Shown piece after piece: positions 37,333 through 50,205 of a stretch of 64,000 nucleotides of DNA. Source of the stretch: Callorhinchus milii. Taxonomy: Eukaryota. A program made the position numbers and the translations under genes. Position 1 is the stretch's first letter; each line of letters starts with the position of its first letter. The stretch is taken from NCBI RefSeq assembly GCF_018977255.1, contig NW_024704743.1:44766001-44830000 (forward strand), in the 5' to 3' direction. Under the pieces are notes generated by a model, which made no database searches, was not told where the DNA came from, and saw only the letters and a list, made by a program, of their open reading frames with translations.

Positions 37333-38303
37333 AATAATAATAATAATCCTTGCATTTGACATAGCACTTTCACGTCTTCTAGATGTCTCAAAGCTCTTCA
37401 CAGAATATACTGTAAAGTGAATTGGCTGTATATTTGTGGGTGAAACGTGGCAGCCAATTGCAAACAGCAGCGTCCCACAAACAGTCTTGGATTGAAGTAA
37501 CCAATTTATTATCTTTTTTCTTGAGGGATTATTATCAGGCATGTGGAGTAAGGAAACTTGCCCAAGGTTTCGCCCTGCCGGGAATCGAACCCAGGTCTCT
37601 CGCAACAACAAAATTACATATATAGAGCGCCTTTCATGTCGGGAGGACATCCCAAAGAGCTGAACAGTCAGGTGTCGGGGCCCGAGCATGGGGGAGGGAT
37701 GGTCTCGGGGTGAGGGAAGACAAAGAGGTGGGAGGGCGACCAAAAGCACGAACACAAGGTGAGTGTTCTCTAGCGCACCAGGCCCCGTGACCCCTTCACT
37801 CCCGCCCTCGCCCGACTCCACTGGCTCCCCATCCCTCAGAGGTTCGACTTCAAGATCCTCGTACTCACTTTCAAGGCCATCCATGGCCTTGCCCCTTCCT
37901 ACCTCTCTGATCTGTTGACTCCCTACCAACCTGCCCGCTCTCTCCATTCAGCGGGCTCCAGCCTGCTCCATGTCTCCCGCCCGACCCGCCCTGCCATCGG
38001 TGGCCGGGCTTTCAGCCTCTCTGCCCCCATACTCTGGAATTCCATCCCACGGTCCCTTTGCCTTGCTTCTTCCCTTGCCTCCTTCAAGGTCGGTTTCAAG
38101 ACCCTTCTCTTCGATCGTGCCTTTGGTCACCCTCCCACCTCTCTGCCTTCCCCCACTCCTACATCCCCCGCTCCCCCATGCTCGGGCCTCGACACCTGAC
38201 TGTTCAGCACCTTGGGATGTCCTCCCAACGTGAAAGGTGTTCTATAAATGTAATTTTGTTGTTGTTGTTGTTGAGTGCTCGAACTACTGAGCTACAGGGC
38301 TCC
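37333..38303 (-). mobile_element. Young SINE, short variant, split in the tRNA head (37333-37603 and 38274-38303)
   Basis: The body ends at ccaggtctctcgc. The head resumes as agtgctcgaactactgagctacagggctcc after the insert. Confidence 0.93.
37603..38273. mobile_element. Double-tailed L2 insert: L2 3' end (minus, 37603-37751) plus L2 3' portion (plus, about 37760-38273)
   Basis: (CAA)n at the left end and (GTT)n at the right end. Both carry the diagnostic cccccatgctcggg..gacacctgactgttcagc. Confidence 0.92.
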
Positions 38304-38989
38304 TAAAAATCAGTTTTAAGGTTAATAACCAAAGTATGTGACTGATGTAGAGGCTTCATTGAGCAATGTGGATGAGAAGCATTGAATATGGCTATAGCTT
38401 ACTGAATAAGTGTAGAAGCTACAGGCTGACCTGATTATGAATATTGCACATATGACCCACTTGTGTGGTGTAGCTGCAAAAGTTATGTGTAGCTGCAAAA
38501 CATGTCATTGATAGCTTTATTGTGGTGCAATTTTTAGGTTAGATTCTGAAATTTGTGAGAAGGCAAGATTTTCCTAATATTTAGGTGAGGAATTACATTT
38601 CTTAGCATAGCAGTTTGTAAATTGGTCAGGGCCATGAATAATTAATCCCTTGTTATGAGGAGGTGTGATAATGGAAACTGTGTGAAAGATGCAATTTCTG
38701 TTTTTCACATTGGAGAGGAAACAGGTATAAATTTTATGGCGTTTGGCTCCTCTGTCATATTCTGTTATACAAGGTACAGTTTGGACAGATTGGCTGGAAA
38801 GTGTAAAGTGCTAAGTTTGTTTGGGTTTTGACTGGTCAGTTGTTGTCTGTGTTGTTCTGGCTTTCAATGGAGGTGACTTCACAGCTTAAGTTATAATGGT
38901 AGTAAAGAAGTAGAAAGGTTAAACGAGCTCTGGTGTATATGTAATTTTGCTTCCAAATTCATACTGTGTAAACAAATGCTTCTAAAAAG

Positions 38990-39145
38990 ATGACACACCA
39001 ATGCAGTGCTGAATTGTTGGAGGTGCTGTCCTTCAGATGAGAAGTTAAACCGAGGCTCCGTGTGTTGTTCAGGTGCACGTTAAATGCACTATTCGAAAAA
39101 GAAAAGGGAGTTTCTCCCAGTGCACAGGCCAACAATCCCCTAGTT
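38990..39145 (+). mobile_element. Deu-domain SINE fragment
   Basis: ttgttggaggtgctgtccttcagatgagaagttaaaccgaggc..gcactattcgaaaaagaaaagggagtttctccc. Confidence 0.78.
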
Positions 39146-39611
39146 CAACCAAGAGCAAGATACGCACAGGCATCCATTGTCACCTATAGGAATCACTTAT
39201 AGGAATCAATTGAAAAAGTAAAATATCAGATCTTAATTACTTTTCTCCAAACATCATCATTGACAAACAACATCCCCTTCAACCTTAGGATCTAACATGC
39301 AGCGATTTCCAAAGGATTTCTAAATATGGAATCAAATCCGTACCTGGTGTATCCCACACTGAGCTGTCGGAATTCCGCTTAGATACCAATCTCAATCTTC
39401 CATCAAGTCAGTCAAAGGAGATTTCAGCAGGAGATGGGCTGAGATTGGCTTCCAAGCAGGGATCCAATAAATCAGCATGAGACACATTTGGGGACCTAGG
39501 ATTCTATAATTAGAAATTCTATTGCTGCATATTAGACCCCAATATCTCTTAATTATCTGAAAGCTACAACACATTAAGAAATGTAAAAAGGACAATGTCT
39601 CTATCTCTTAT

Positions 39612-40045
39612 AGCTTAGTTGGTAGCATTCTTGCCTTTGAGTCAGAACGTTGTGGATTCAAGCCCACATTGGGACTTGGACCTCATTTGAACTAGGCTGA
39701 TGCAGTGTTGGGGGGTGGGTAGGGGGGGTGCTGAATTTTTGGAGGTGCTGTCCTTTGGATAAGATGTTAACCGAGTCCCCATTTGCAAGTTAAAGGCACT
39801 ATTCGAAAAAGAGAAGGGGTTTCTCGCAATGACCTGCTCAACAATCCTCCAAATAAAATTGGTCATTCACTGTATCGCTGTTTGTGAGACATTGCTGTTT
39901 CTGAGACATTGGCTGCTGTATTCACCAAAACACAATCAATAACTTTGCAGTACATCCTGTGAAGAGCTTTGGGACGTCCTTCCAATGTGAAAGTCGCTAT
40001 ACGAAATGTAAGGATTATTATTATGATGATTATTATTATAATAGT
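39612..40045 (+). mobile_element. Deu-domain SINE, near full length
   Basis: Head gcttagtttggtagcattcttgcctttgagtcagaacgttgtggattcaagccc; core ggaggtgctgtcctttggataagatgttaaccgag; L2-type tail with (ATT)n. It resembles the AmnSINE1/SacSINE1 architecture from memory. Confidence 0.82.
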
Positions 40046-40894
40046 CCTTTGAGACAAGTCTCAATGCTATACCTCTAAGGGACTTTTAGTCAGAAAGGTT
40101 CTTTTTCACCTGACTGAGGTTAGCATTTATAGTGAATCCATTCCAGAGAGTGATTAATTGTTTTAAAGGGAGATTGAAGAAATAAAATCGTAATCTTTTT
40201 GGAGGTTTTTTTTTAATCATTCATCTGGAGGTCTTTAGATAGCTCTCAATGTTAGGCCTAATCCATTTAAATTTGTTGAATTAAGTCTAACACGTGATGT
40301 TTCTTCATTACTGAAGGTAAACACACTCAACCAGGTGCTGGTATTATTTTTCGAAATAGTTGATGAGCTGAAGCACGATCAATAAATGATAATAGAAGTT
40401 GGTGGATGTAAAAATTCCCCGATGTATTGTAACCCTGACTGCAGAAAAGATGAAAGACTTGAGGTGCACTCGCTTTCATTAATCATAGCATAGATGCTGG
40501 GCAGTTAATCTAAAGTGATTAATATCATAAGTGTATGGAGATAACCTGCCCAAATGTGTGAACATTGCAAACTTTGCAGATAGCTGCTTAGAAGCATGCT
40601 ACAAAATGTATATTCATTCATGTTTTTGGAGAGGTTAAACACTTATTAAGGACTCAGCATCACTTTTAGTTGGCTGAGAGCAAATGTATTATACAAAATT
40701 CTAACAGCAACCTTTGCCGCATAATCAGATTTCTTTTCACACTATTTTGAAAGCAATTCATTGTGGTTCTATCAGACGATTTGGTTGTCAAAACTAATGC
40801 CTTTGTCAAAAAGGCATTCTGACCCAGTTTCCGTCTGCTCAGTTAGCTGATCTTGACTGGAACGAAGGTAGGGGCATTAATACTGACCTCATTA

Positions 40895-43200
40895 TCTCAC
40901 TAGCAGGCCACAGAGGTAGGAAGGAGCAAATCCGTAGAGGGCCTTGAAAGTGAGGGCAAGAATTTTGAATTCCATCCTCTTGGGGATGGGGAGCCAGTGG
41001 AGTAGGGCAAGGATGGGGGTGATAGGGCTGCGGAATCTGGTCCGGTAGAGAACATGAGTTGCAGAGTTCTGGATGATCTGCAGCTTGTGGAAGGAAGAGT
41101 TGGGAAGGACTACAAGCAGGGAGTTGGCGTAGTTGAGCCTAGATGTGATGAATGCCTGGATGAGGGTTTTGGGGGCCTGAGGTGTGAGGCTGTGGTGGTA
41201 GGGTAAGACAGAGCCGATCATGGCATGGACGTGGGGTAGAAAGTATAGTTAAGGGTCAAACAAGACACCAAGGTTCCGGACTGGCTCAGTGAGGTGGAGG
41301 ACTTGTCCAGGACTTGTTGTCTGACAGACATTCTGTCAGGACAGCAGTGGTCCTGGAATTGAGGGTGGAGGCAAAGAGACAGAGTTGGGTGTCGTCTGCA
41401 TACATGTGGAAGTTGACCCCATGTCTGCGGATGATGTCACCAAGAGGGAGCGTGTACTTGTTGAAGAGGAGAGGGCCAAGGACAGAGCCCTGAGGAATGC
41501 TACACAAGACTGTACGGGGGCGAGAGGAGAAGCCTTTCGTGGAAACAAAGTGGAGATGGTGTGAGCAGTAGGATCTGAACCAGTCAGTGCAGGAGCCGGA
41601 GGAGAAGTTGTTTGTGGAGACGAAGTGGAGCCAGTGTAACAATTAAGATCTGAACCATTCAAGGACAGAACCATGAAGGTTGAGGTGAGAGGAGAGGCAG
41701 TGGATAAGGATAGAGTGGTCAACAGTATCAAAGGCAGCAGAGAGGTCAAGGAGGACAAGGAGACAGAGGGAACACTGGTCACAGATGGACAGAATTGTCA
41801 CATTGACCAGAGTTGTTTCTGTGCTGTGGGAAGCAGGAGCCGGAGGAGAAGCTGTTTGTGGAGACAAAGTGGAGCTGGTGGAGTGGTTTATATTGGGAGT
41901 GGCAGGAGAGGAAGGAACAAAGCTGGGAAACAACGACTTGTTCAAGGACCTTGGAAAGGAAAGGGAGGTTGGAAATGGGTCAGTAATTTGAGAGCAGGGA
42001 TGGCCCAGGGAAGGTTTTTTGAGGATAGGGGTGATGACAGCTGTTTTTAATGGGGTGGGAATGGTGTCAGTGGACAGGGAGAGGTTGATGGTGTATGAGT
42101 AAAGGGTAGAGCTTGGAGGTAAGGAGAGGGGTAGGGATAGGGTTGAGGGAGCAGGTGGCGAATTTCATGTGGGTTATAATGTGCGAATTTCATGTGGGTT
42201 ATAGACAAGTTCGAAGGTGCGGAGGGAAGGATGGGTAGGGGCCGGAGTACGAGAGGAAGGTGGAGAGGGGGTAGTGGTTGGGAGGGCAGAGGTGGCTGAG
42301 TGTATCCCCTCGATTTTGGTCTGGATCAGATCCAGCATCTCATTGCAGTTAGAGTTGGAGGAGAGGATGGGCGAGGGTGAGAAGGTGGGTGGAGGAGCCT
42401 GGGTTTGTCCTTGGCCTCCAAGATTATTATGGAGTAGAAGGATGATTTAGCGGAGGCGAGGGCAGAGTGATAAGTTTTGATGAGATCCAGCCAGATCTGC
42501 CGATGGACTGTGAATTAGATTTGAGTCAGGTGCATTCAATAGCACGCACCTGTGCCTTGAGGGAGCAGAAGTGGCTGGTGCACCAGGGTGACCTGCGTGA
42601 GTAAGAGGCGGTTTGGGAGGTGAGGTGGGCAAGGGCATCGAGAGTAGTGGAGAGGAAGTTGTGGAGGAGAATGACTGAGGAAGGTAGATCAATGCGGGAG
42701 GAAGCCCAAAGTGGGAAGAGTTCAGATGCCTCCAGGGCAGTGGAGAGGGCAGGGGAACAGAATTTTTTTCCAGGGGTGGTAGGAGATGGAGGTGTGTTGG
42801 GAGACGATGGAGAGAGGGATTGAGGAATTAAGGGAGATGAAGTAATGATCCAAGATGGCTTTGTCCATGTGGGTGAGCTCTGAGACGCTGAGGCTCCGGG
42901 TAATCACCAGATCAAGTGAGTGACCATGGACGTGGGTGGCAGAGTGGATGTGGAGGGAGTGGTTGTGAAAGGAGTGAGGAGAAGTCGGTGGAGATAGAGC
43001 AAGAGGTGGTAAAGTGCAGGTTGAAGTCGCCTAGGAGGAGGAGGTGTTCAGAGCAGAGGCAAGCTGGAAGGGTGGAGATGTCAAAGAGGAAAGTGGGGGA
43101 GGGTTTGGGGGCAATAAACAAGGAGAATTTTGAGGGAAAGTTTGGATGTTAGAGGGTAAGATGCTTGAAGGAGGGGAATGACCTGGAGGAGTAAGGGGAT
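40895..43200 (-). mobile_element. L2 LINE ORF2 (EN and RT), rearranged, tail absent
   Basis: LLLLGDFNLHF (ORF 42912); HSTETTLV and LLDLSAAFDTVDH (ORF 41643); [21 protein letters not shown] (ORF 41286); LHWLPIPKRMEFK (ORF 40892). Confidence 0.93.
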
Positions 43201-43734
43201 AAGACATTTTTTTTTCAACAAATGTTAACTTGTAATGTTTTTCGTATCACTTTGCTGTATAGCAAGAAATGGCTATAAAAATTCCATGGCTCATTTATGT
43301 TCATCTTATTTCCTTACTAATGGGATGAAAAAATCTCTCCCAGAAGTACATCTGCTGTAAATATGCACCAAATTGTTGTTTCAACGCTGTCTTTTTAGCT
43401 ATATGGTGCCTAGGAAAGAAAAGAAAGTGCTTGAACTTGTCAGTCTATTTTGGCAATTTTAAACAAGACCCAAAGCCCAGTGGTGTTACGTTACTCACGC
43501 TTCTTTCCAGTTAATAACTGGGAATGCTCCACTGCTGCTACAGCTCATGTGTTTAGACCGACCACCTGTGTTGCCATGACATCTTCTTACTGTTGAGAGT
43601 TATTATGTCACAATGGGCTCATACGTCCTAACATAATATTGGTTTCATTACTTGAAGGGAATTGCCGCTTTCATAGAGTTTCAAAACAAATCATTTCCAA
43701 TACCTCTTCCCTAAGGAAGGTATTCCAGTTTGGC

Positions 43735-43990
43735 CCTCTCAAATGGCAGTATTTTGCCTTCTGCACATGCCTCGTCCCCTCCACTCCACCATTGGCAGTG
43801 GTTTAGACACTATGCCCCGAGACTCTGGAACTCTCTGCCTCAATCCCTCTACCTTGCCCGCTTCTTGTCCATCTTCAGATCAAACCTCAAGACCTTTCTC
43901 TTTTACCGTGCCTACAGTCACCTCCCCTCTCTCCTTGATTCAGTGTCAAGCTCTGTTGCTGTTAAACACTCCGATGCTACACTTCACTAA
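43735..43990 (+). mobile_element. Degraded L2 3' end
   Basis: YAPRLWNSLPQSL..FRSNLKTFLF in ORF 43730. Confidence 0.8.
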
Positions 43991-45429
43991 TGAAGGACCA
44001 GAATAATAAAAATAATAATTCTTGCATTTGATATAGCGCCTGAATGGATTGGCTGCAGAGCGAGGGTATATATTATACTTACAAGATGCATTGCTGCCAA
44101 TTGGAATCAATACACCTACTTTAATTGTGTCTGTTTAGCCTGAGCAATTTGGATAGATTCTACATGTCACATGTTTATTCCTATTAAGAGACAGGAAAAC
44201 TAAAGGGTTAGATGTAACCAGCTAACTGGGCAAAAGCTTAATAATCAACCTTTTACTTAAAGAACACCAAATATTATTACAGTAATAAAACTACTGAAAC
44301 GTTGGGATAATTCATTAACTCGTAACATTAACCTACTAAAATAAACAAAATAATTGCATAAAAATAAAACATTTGAAAAACATTATCATGTTTGATCAGT
44401 CATTCTCAATTGATTCCTTTGTTCCTATTTATTTTACTTGTACAGTACTGTCTGCTGCTCGTTTTACTTCTTTCTATCTATTCTACCGTTGAAACCCAAT
44501 CTCTTATATTCCCTTTACTGTTTGCCTTTCCACTGTACAATTTGGAAGTGAGGTTAACCAGTGGGGTGGGAGTGGGGTGTGGGGCGAGGGGACTATTTTT
44601 GAAGACTTACCATCATCAGGAAATCAATTTTACAGGCTGATTTTATGGGGCCGGAAAAAAGGAAATAAAATAATTTCATTTCCCATGTGCTGGCAATAGC
44701 AACTCTTTCAAAGCCTTGACTTGGACATCACAGTCGAAACCTCTGGAGGCAAGGGCTGAGATGAGGACAAAGAAGGTTATCTGCCCTGGTGGTATCCTCC
44801 ACTTCTTAAGTCTGTGTGATTTGCTGATTAGAAGGTATGTGCTCCTTGTGGAATCAGTCTTTCTCCCAGTTCAGTAATTTGATTAGTGTTTTCTCTGAAC
44901 TCTTCAGCTATCAGGAAATCATCACTCTGAGATAACTGTGTGTTTTTGTCCTAAGCTGTCACCGCTGTAAAGATTTCTACCACTTAACACTGGTGATTAA
45001 CTTTTTTCAAGAGTTTTATTACTGATCATAAATCTTGAGACACATAAACCTGCTGTCACACACAGAGCAGCTGGCAGCACAATAACACTTGAGACAGGAA
45101 AAACTGCAGCCTGCAAAACTCATGGCAATTCTTCTCCCTCCCCAGAGGGACCTCCCAGCCCAGGACTCCTCTTGTGTCCAGAATAATATTTACACTTTCC
45201 ATTTGAAAACTCCTCCTGTGGATCATTCAAACATTCTCTCCAAATTAATGCAGGAAAAAATGTACTTTTTCCCTTAAAAGAATGTGCCATGCATTCTCCT
45301 CCAGCACCAAGGAGAGCAAAAACTTGGTTGCAGGTATCTTGTTAATTAATATCTTTGGGAATGATCTCCAAGGGTGCAAATCAAATATGGGGTCAAGAAA
45401 GAAACTTAACACTATATTCCCTTTTCTCT

Positions 45430-45680
45430 CACAAAATTTAACTTTCTACTTTTTTACAAAAGACATTAAAAGGTTTGGAAGAATTTCTTCCCGTATTTTC
45501 CGAAAGTCCGTTGGAGGCATTTAAAAAGAATTGGACAAGCACATGCAAATAAATGATATTTGAGGTTTGTGTTGGGAAGAGTAGGGAATTGGTTGGATAA
45601 TTTCTTGGAGGGGTAAGTAGAGACATGAATAAATGCGCCAAATGGCCTCCTACAATGTCATACAGTTTTGTAGTTCTATT
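45430..45680 (+). mobile_element. Old CR1 3' end
   Basis: atttaaaaagaattggacaagcacatg..gccaaatggcctcct..gttctat. Confidence 0.6.
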
Positions 45681-45767
45681 TTAAAATGGCCAATTTGCAC
45701 TCAAACATGAAGTGACGTATTTAGCAGCAAATTGATATCACTGCTAATTACACATTCAAAATAAGAC

Positions 45768-47700
45768 AATAACAAAAACTTGCACTTATATAGCGCCCTC
45801 CACGCAGGGTAGCACCTTAGAGCGCATAACAGTGGCGGAGCCTGACTCCGAGCTGGGGGGAAGGGGGAGGTGGCCATAAGCACGGTCGAGCAAGAAAGTT
45901 TTCAGTTGGGACCTGACAAAGGGGAGAGAGGGGTCAAGGCGGAGGGATTGAAGGAGAGTTTTGAGGCATAGTGGCTGAAAGCAGGACCTTTGTTGGTGGG
46001 GTGGTGGGTGTGAGGGATGAGCAGGAAGCCGGTGGCAGTCGAGCGGAGACGCCGGGTGGTGGCCTGGGGAGTGAGGAGGTCGGAGAGGTAGGGAGGTGCC
46101 ACGGAGTAAATGGATTGAACACAAGTGTGAGGATCTTGAAGTCGATCCATTTGGTGATGGGGAGCCAGTGGAGCCTGGCCAGAACTGGTGAGATGCGGAT
46201 ATGGAGTTTGGTCTGGCTCAGTATGGGGGCGGCAGAGTTTTAAATGAGCTGCATCTTGTGAATGGTGGAGCTGGGGAGACCAGCGAGGAGTGCATTGGAG
46301 TAATCCAAGCGGGAGATGACATTCGGCTGCATTTGGGGTAATATGGAGGTGGAGGTGGAAGAAAGCGGTCCTGGTCAGGGACCGGATGTGGGGGAGGAAG
46401 GACAGTTGGAGGTCGAATCGGACGCCCAGGTTCTGCACTGATTCGGTGAGTCTGAGGAAGAGCTCAGGGAGCTTGAGGAGTTTGGGTCTGCAGGAGTGAA
46501 GACGTTGACGAGAGCCAAGGAGTATGTCTATATGTCCATATTCAGCTGCAGAAAGTTTACACTCAGCCAGGCTTTGATGTCTGCCAGACAAGCTGATAGA
46601 ACATTGGTGGACCTGGAGTTGGTACTGGAGGAGGCAAAATGGATTTGTGTGTCACCCACATACATGTGGAAGTCTGTGGTTAACATCGCACAGAGGGAAC
46701 ATATAGATAAGGAAAAGGAGAGGGCCAAGGATGGAGCCCTGGGGTACCCCACAGGTGACCAGGTGGGGGCAGAAGGAGAAACCATTTGCTGAGATGAAAT
46801 GGAGGTGGTTGGTTAAGTAGGACTCGAACCATACGAGTACGGTCCCATCAAGGTAGATGAGGGAGCAGCCGATGGAGGAGGACGGCGTGGTCGAATGTGT
46901 CGAACGCAGCAGAGATTCAAAGGGACAAGGCGACAGAGGGATAGAGAGAATGTCATTCGTGACTTTGACAAGTGTTGTCTCTGTGCTATGGGCAGGGCGA
47001 AAACCAGACTGCAGGTGCTCAAGGTGGGAGTAGAGGGAGAGGTGTGACCAAAGTTGACCTGCAACAATGTGTTCCAGGACTTTCACAAGGAAGAGTAGGT
47101 TTGAGGTAGGATGGTAGTGTGAGAGATTAAAGGCATCAAGGGCGGGTTTTTTGAGGAGGGATGTGATATCAACGTTTTTAGGGGGAGTGGAACAGGGCCT
47201 GAGAGACTGGTTAACCATGTCGGCCAGCGGAGGGGAGAGAAGGGGGAGTTGAGTGACCAGCAGCTGAGTGGGGAGGGGGTCAAGGTAGCAGATGGTGAAC
47301 TTCATCTGGGTAATTGTGGTTGAGAGCGAGGAGGGAGAAATGGGGGCAAAGGAGTGTAAGGAGGGGGGAGTGGCAGGAGCCGTGGCAGAGGGAAAAGGTG
47401 GTGTGGATGGTCTGGGTGGGGTAGAAGGGGACATGGGGGTGGGGGGGAGAACGATGCAGCCAAGCGGATGTTTTAAATTTTTGAGGCAAAGAAGTCTATG
47501 ACCTCTTTGCACTTGGCGTTTGATGTGAGGGTAGAGGGGGCTTGAGGGGATGCACGGAGGAGGTGATGGATAGTGGAGAAGCATTGTCTTTGGATTGTTG
47601 TTTGCCTCCAGGATGACTTTGGAGTAAAAGCCAGTTTGAGCTTGTGAAGGGAAAGGAGGTAGGTGTGGAAGTGCTCAAGTCACAGCTGGCAGTAAATCGT
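45768..47700 (-). mobile_element. L2 LINE (RT to tail), 5'-truncated
   Basis: ORF 46652-47584 contains LDPLPT, LLKKPALD, QSGFRPAHSTETTLVKVTND and GVPQGSILGPLLFLIY; FHMYVGDTQI in ORF 46528; tail at about 45770. Confidence 0.95.
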
Positions 47701-47714
47701 GAATCGTGGTGGTG

Positions 47715-48030
47715 ATTCCCGGCAAGGCAAAATGTTGGGCAAGTTTCCTTACTCCACATGCCTTTGTTTATCTAGCAGTAAGTAGGAACCCAGTTGTTAG
47801 TCGATTGGCGGATTGCTTTTCCAGGGGTAATAATTCCTTCAAAAAAAAAATTATAAATTGGTCACTCAATCCACGACTGCTTATGGAACACTACTGTGCG
47901 CAATTGGCTGCCACGTTTCGCCCACACAATATACAGTCAATTCATTTTACAGTATATTCTGTGAATCGTTTTGAGACGGCTCGAAGACATGCTAAGGCGC
48001 TATATCAAATACAAGGATTATTATTATTAT
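47715..48030 (+). mobile_element. Young SINE, long variant, lacking most of the tRNA head, abutting the L2 5' end head to head
   Basis: Starts at gattcccggcaaggcaaaatgttgggcaag; contains cagtaagtaggaacc; (ATT)n tail. Confidence 0.92.
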
Positions 48031-48799
48031 AGAGCACGAGATGGCATGGGATCACCCATAGAAGTCTATTTCCCGTATTATTACCTAATATATTTACAAC
48101 TTATCTCTTATCTATATTAATACAAGGATTGTAGAGGTAATCAATATAAATGTCTAAAATATCCCATTACAGACATTGTGCAAGGATTATTATTATTATT
48201 ATTGTAAAATCCAAAAGCATTTTAATTGGAGGCTTGATCCAATCCTTATAAATTGTACGGGCTTAGCTATAAATTCCAAAGAATAGATTTTTTTAATCAT
48301 CTTTTTGCAGGACACAATAAGATTCTATAGGAAGATGTCTAAATCTTTTGAGTTCTCATGTTGCTGAGAAGTATTCACTTTGTATGGCGTTGCACAAATT
48401 GCACCATAATTCCTGGTTCATGGCTTGTGCTTTGATCTTTTTGCAGCCTATTTAGCCTGATTTTATGTTTAGTCTGGATGGGTAAGAAAACTGATTTATA
48501 TTATCAAGGCCAAAGTGGGAGTTTAAACAATTCTGATTAATTTGGAAAACAAGTGAAGATTATTTTTACAGTATCTATTTGAATTAAACTTGTGCAAAAC
48601 TCACTGCAATTAAGACTGTTCAACAACTTTGTTTTCTATGATAAATCTTATGGCAACTCTGAAAGGAGGAATGCTTTTTTTTATCTCTTCAAAAATGCGT
48701 TCATTTGCAGCTCAATTGCAGCACTTTGCATTAAGCAGAGTGGCAAAAGCTTTGGATTCTGAGGCCCAAAATACTGTCTTAAGTCCTTCAGTAAAACTG

Positions 48800-49170
48800 T
48801 TTCCAAATTAATTATACTGTAAAATGTAGTAGTGATTGTGTTTTTTGTAGGCGGATATAACAGCCAATTTGCCTCTGTAATGACCCACAAACAGCCATGA
48901 AATAAATGACCAATTTTATTTGGAGGATTGTTGGCCAGGACGTTGAGAAACTCCATCTCTTTTTGAACATTCAATGGGATCTTTAGCATCCACTTGAACG
49001 GGCAGACAGGACCTCAGTTTAACATCTCATCCTAAGAACGCATCACCAATAATGTAAAGTTTGCTCTGCACTGCTTTAGAGTATCAGCCTCGACTGTGAG
49101 TTCAAAGGATTTGGAACCCACAACTAGCTATCTCAGAGGCAAGAGTTCTACCAACTGAGCAAAGCCGACA
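48800..49170 (-). mobile_element. Deu-domain SINE
   Basis: Reverse complement reads gctcagttggtagaactcttgcctctgaga..gtgggttcc..ggatgagatgttaaactgaggtcctgtctgccc..taaagatccca..ggctgtttgtggg. Confidence 0.82.
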
Positions 49171-49961
49171 CATAAGAGTGAATTTATAAAATGTTCAAAA
49201 TTCTGAACAGTTGTAAATTTCAAAAGTCTGAAATCATGAGAAAATTCAGACCACTATTAAAATGTATCACAGAAATCTGTCTGACAACAGCAATAACCTT
49301 GCAAAGTACAAGTACAGTGTGGTTTATTTTCCTCTCTTAATTATCCTTTATAGAGACAACATTTGGATCAAACTGGTGTACAGTATTAGGGAATCTCACA
49401 GGGAAAGATTTAACAGAAGTACAGTATTATCCTAGTTTAGCCTGAGAGTTCTCTGTCAAATGAGTTCTGCTGTGTCACCTCATTAAAAGAAAGTTCAGTA
49501 AGTCATAATGTTGTCTAAGCTCTGGAAAAATACATAGCTATTCACATTTTACACAGATGCTAAGAGGGCCTGAAGGGGTGTGATGATTTGAATGCTGGAG
49601 CACATGGAAAGTGTTGATGCTCTTACATTCATACAATACATTGAAGGGATCAAGAGTAAACATGTAGAATTCCGACAGGAGAAGCTGAACATCTGTCTTT
49701 GGCATTTTATCAAGACAACAAAGGAATATAAGGACAGTTACTGACAGATGGTTAGCTGAATTCTGGGGGTACCATATGTGTGAAGAACGCAGCTGAGATT
49801 TGAACTGCATTTTAGAGATCTGAAATGTGTAGATTAGAGTTTCTGCAAAGAAGAGACATCCTGTTAAATAACAGAAGACACATTATTTCTTATGAAATAA
49901 AGAGTGAGCTGAAAATAAGCTTTGTAAGATTGTTTTCAATGTATGGAGTGAGGTTGCAGAG

Positions 49962-50205
49962 GATCTCCAGCAGTACCCCAACTGGGGTCCTTAACCCTTA
50001 GATCTTGCTAAAGTGCGCAAAATATTCTTTGGAATTAGAAAAAAATAGGTATCTATTAGATAAAGGTGCATGCACCATTCCAAACACAGGGATAAGTTCA
50101 TGTCTAGATGGCATAATATATGGAACTCTCAGTCTGGCTCAGATATTCTTATATAGGGTGATGGGTTTTTGCATGTGTCAGACACCTGGCTGACCAAAGA
50201 AAAGC
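49962..50205 (+). repeat. Unclassified interspersed repeat, copy 4 (shortest)
   Basis: ctccagcagtacccca..ctggggtcc..ggtgatgggtttttgcatgtgtcagacacctggctgaccaaagaaaa. Confidence 0.78.

Noticed and set aside
44700..44834. 135-nt open exon candidate ending AAG|gtatgt
   Set aside because: Weak acceptor and unrecognised peptide; consistent with chance.
47260..47450. G-quadruplex-like G runs
   Set aside because: Intrinsic purine-rich antisense strand of L2, present in every L2 copy here.
46652..47584. 310-aa ORF as an active reverse transcriptase
   Set aside because: L2 fragment with internal frame changes, no endonuclease, and the catalytic motif degraded to YVGD in another frame.
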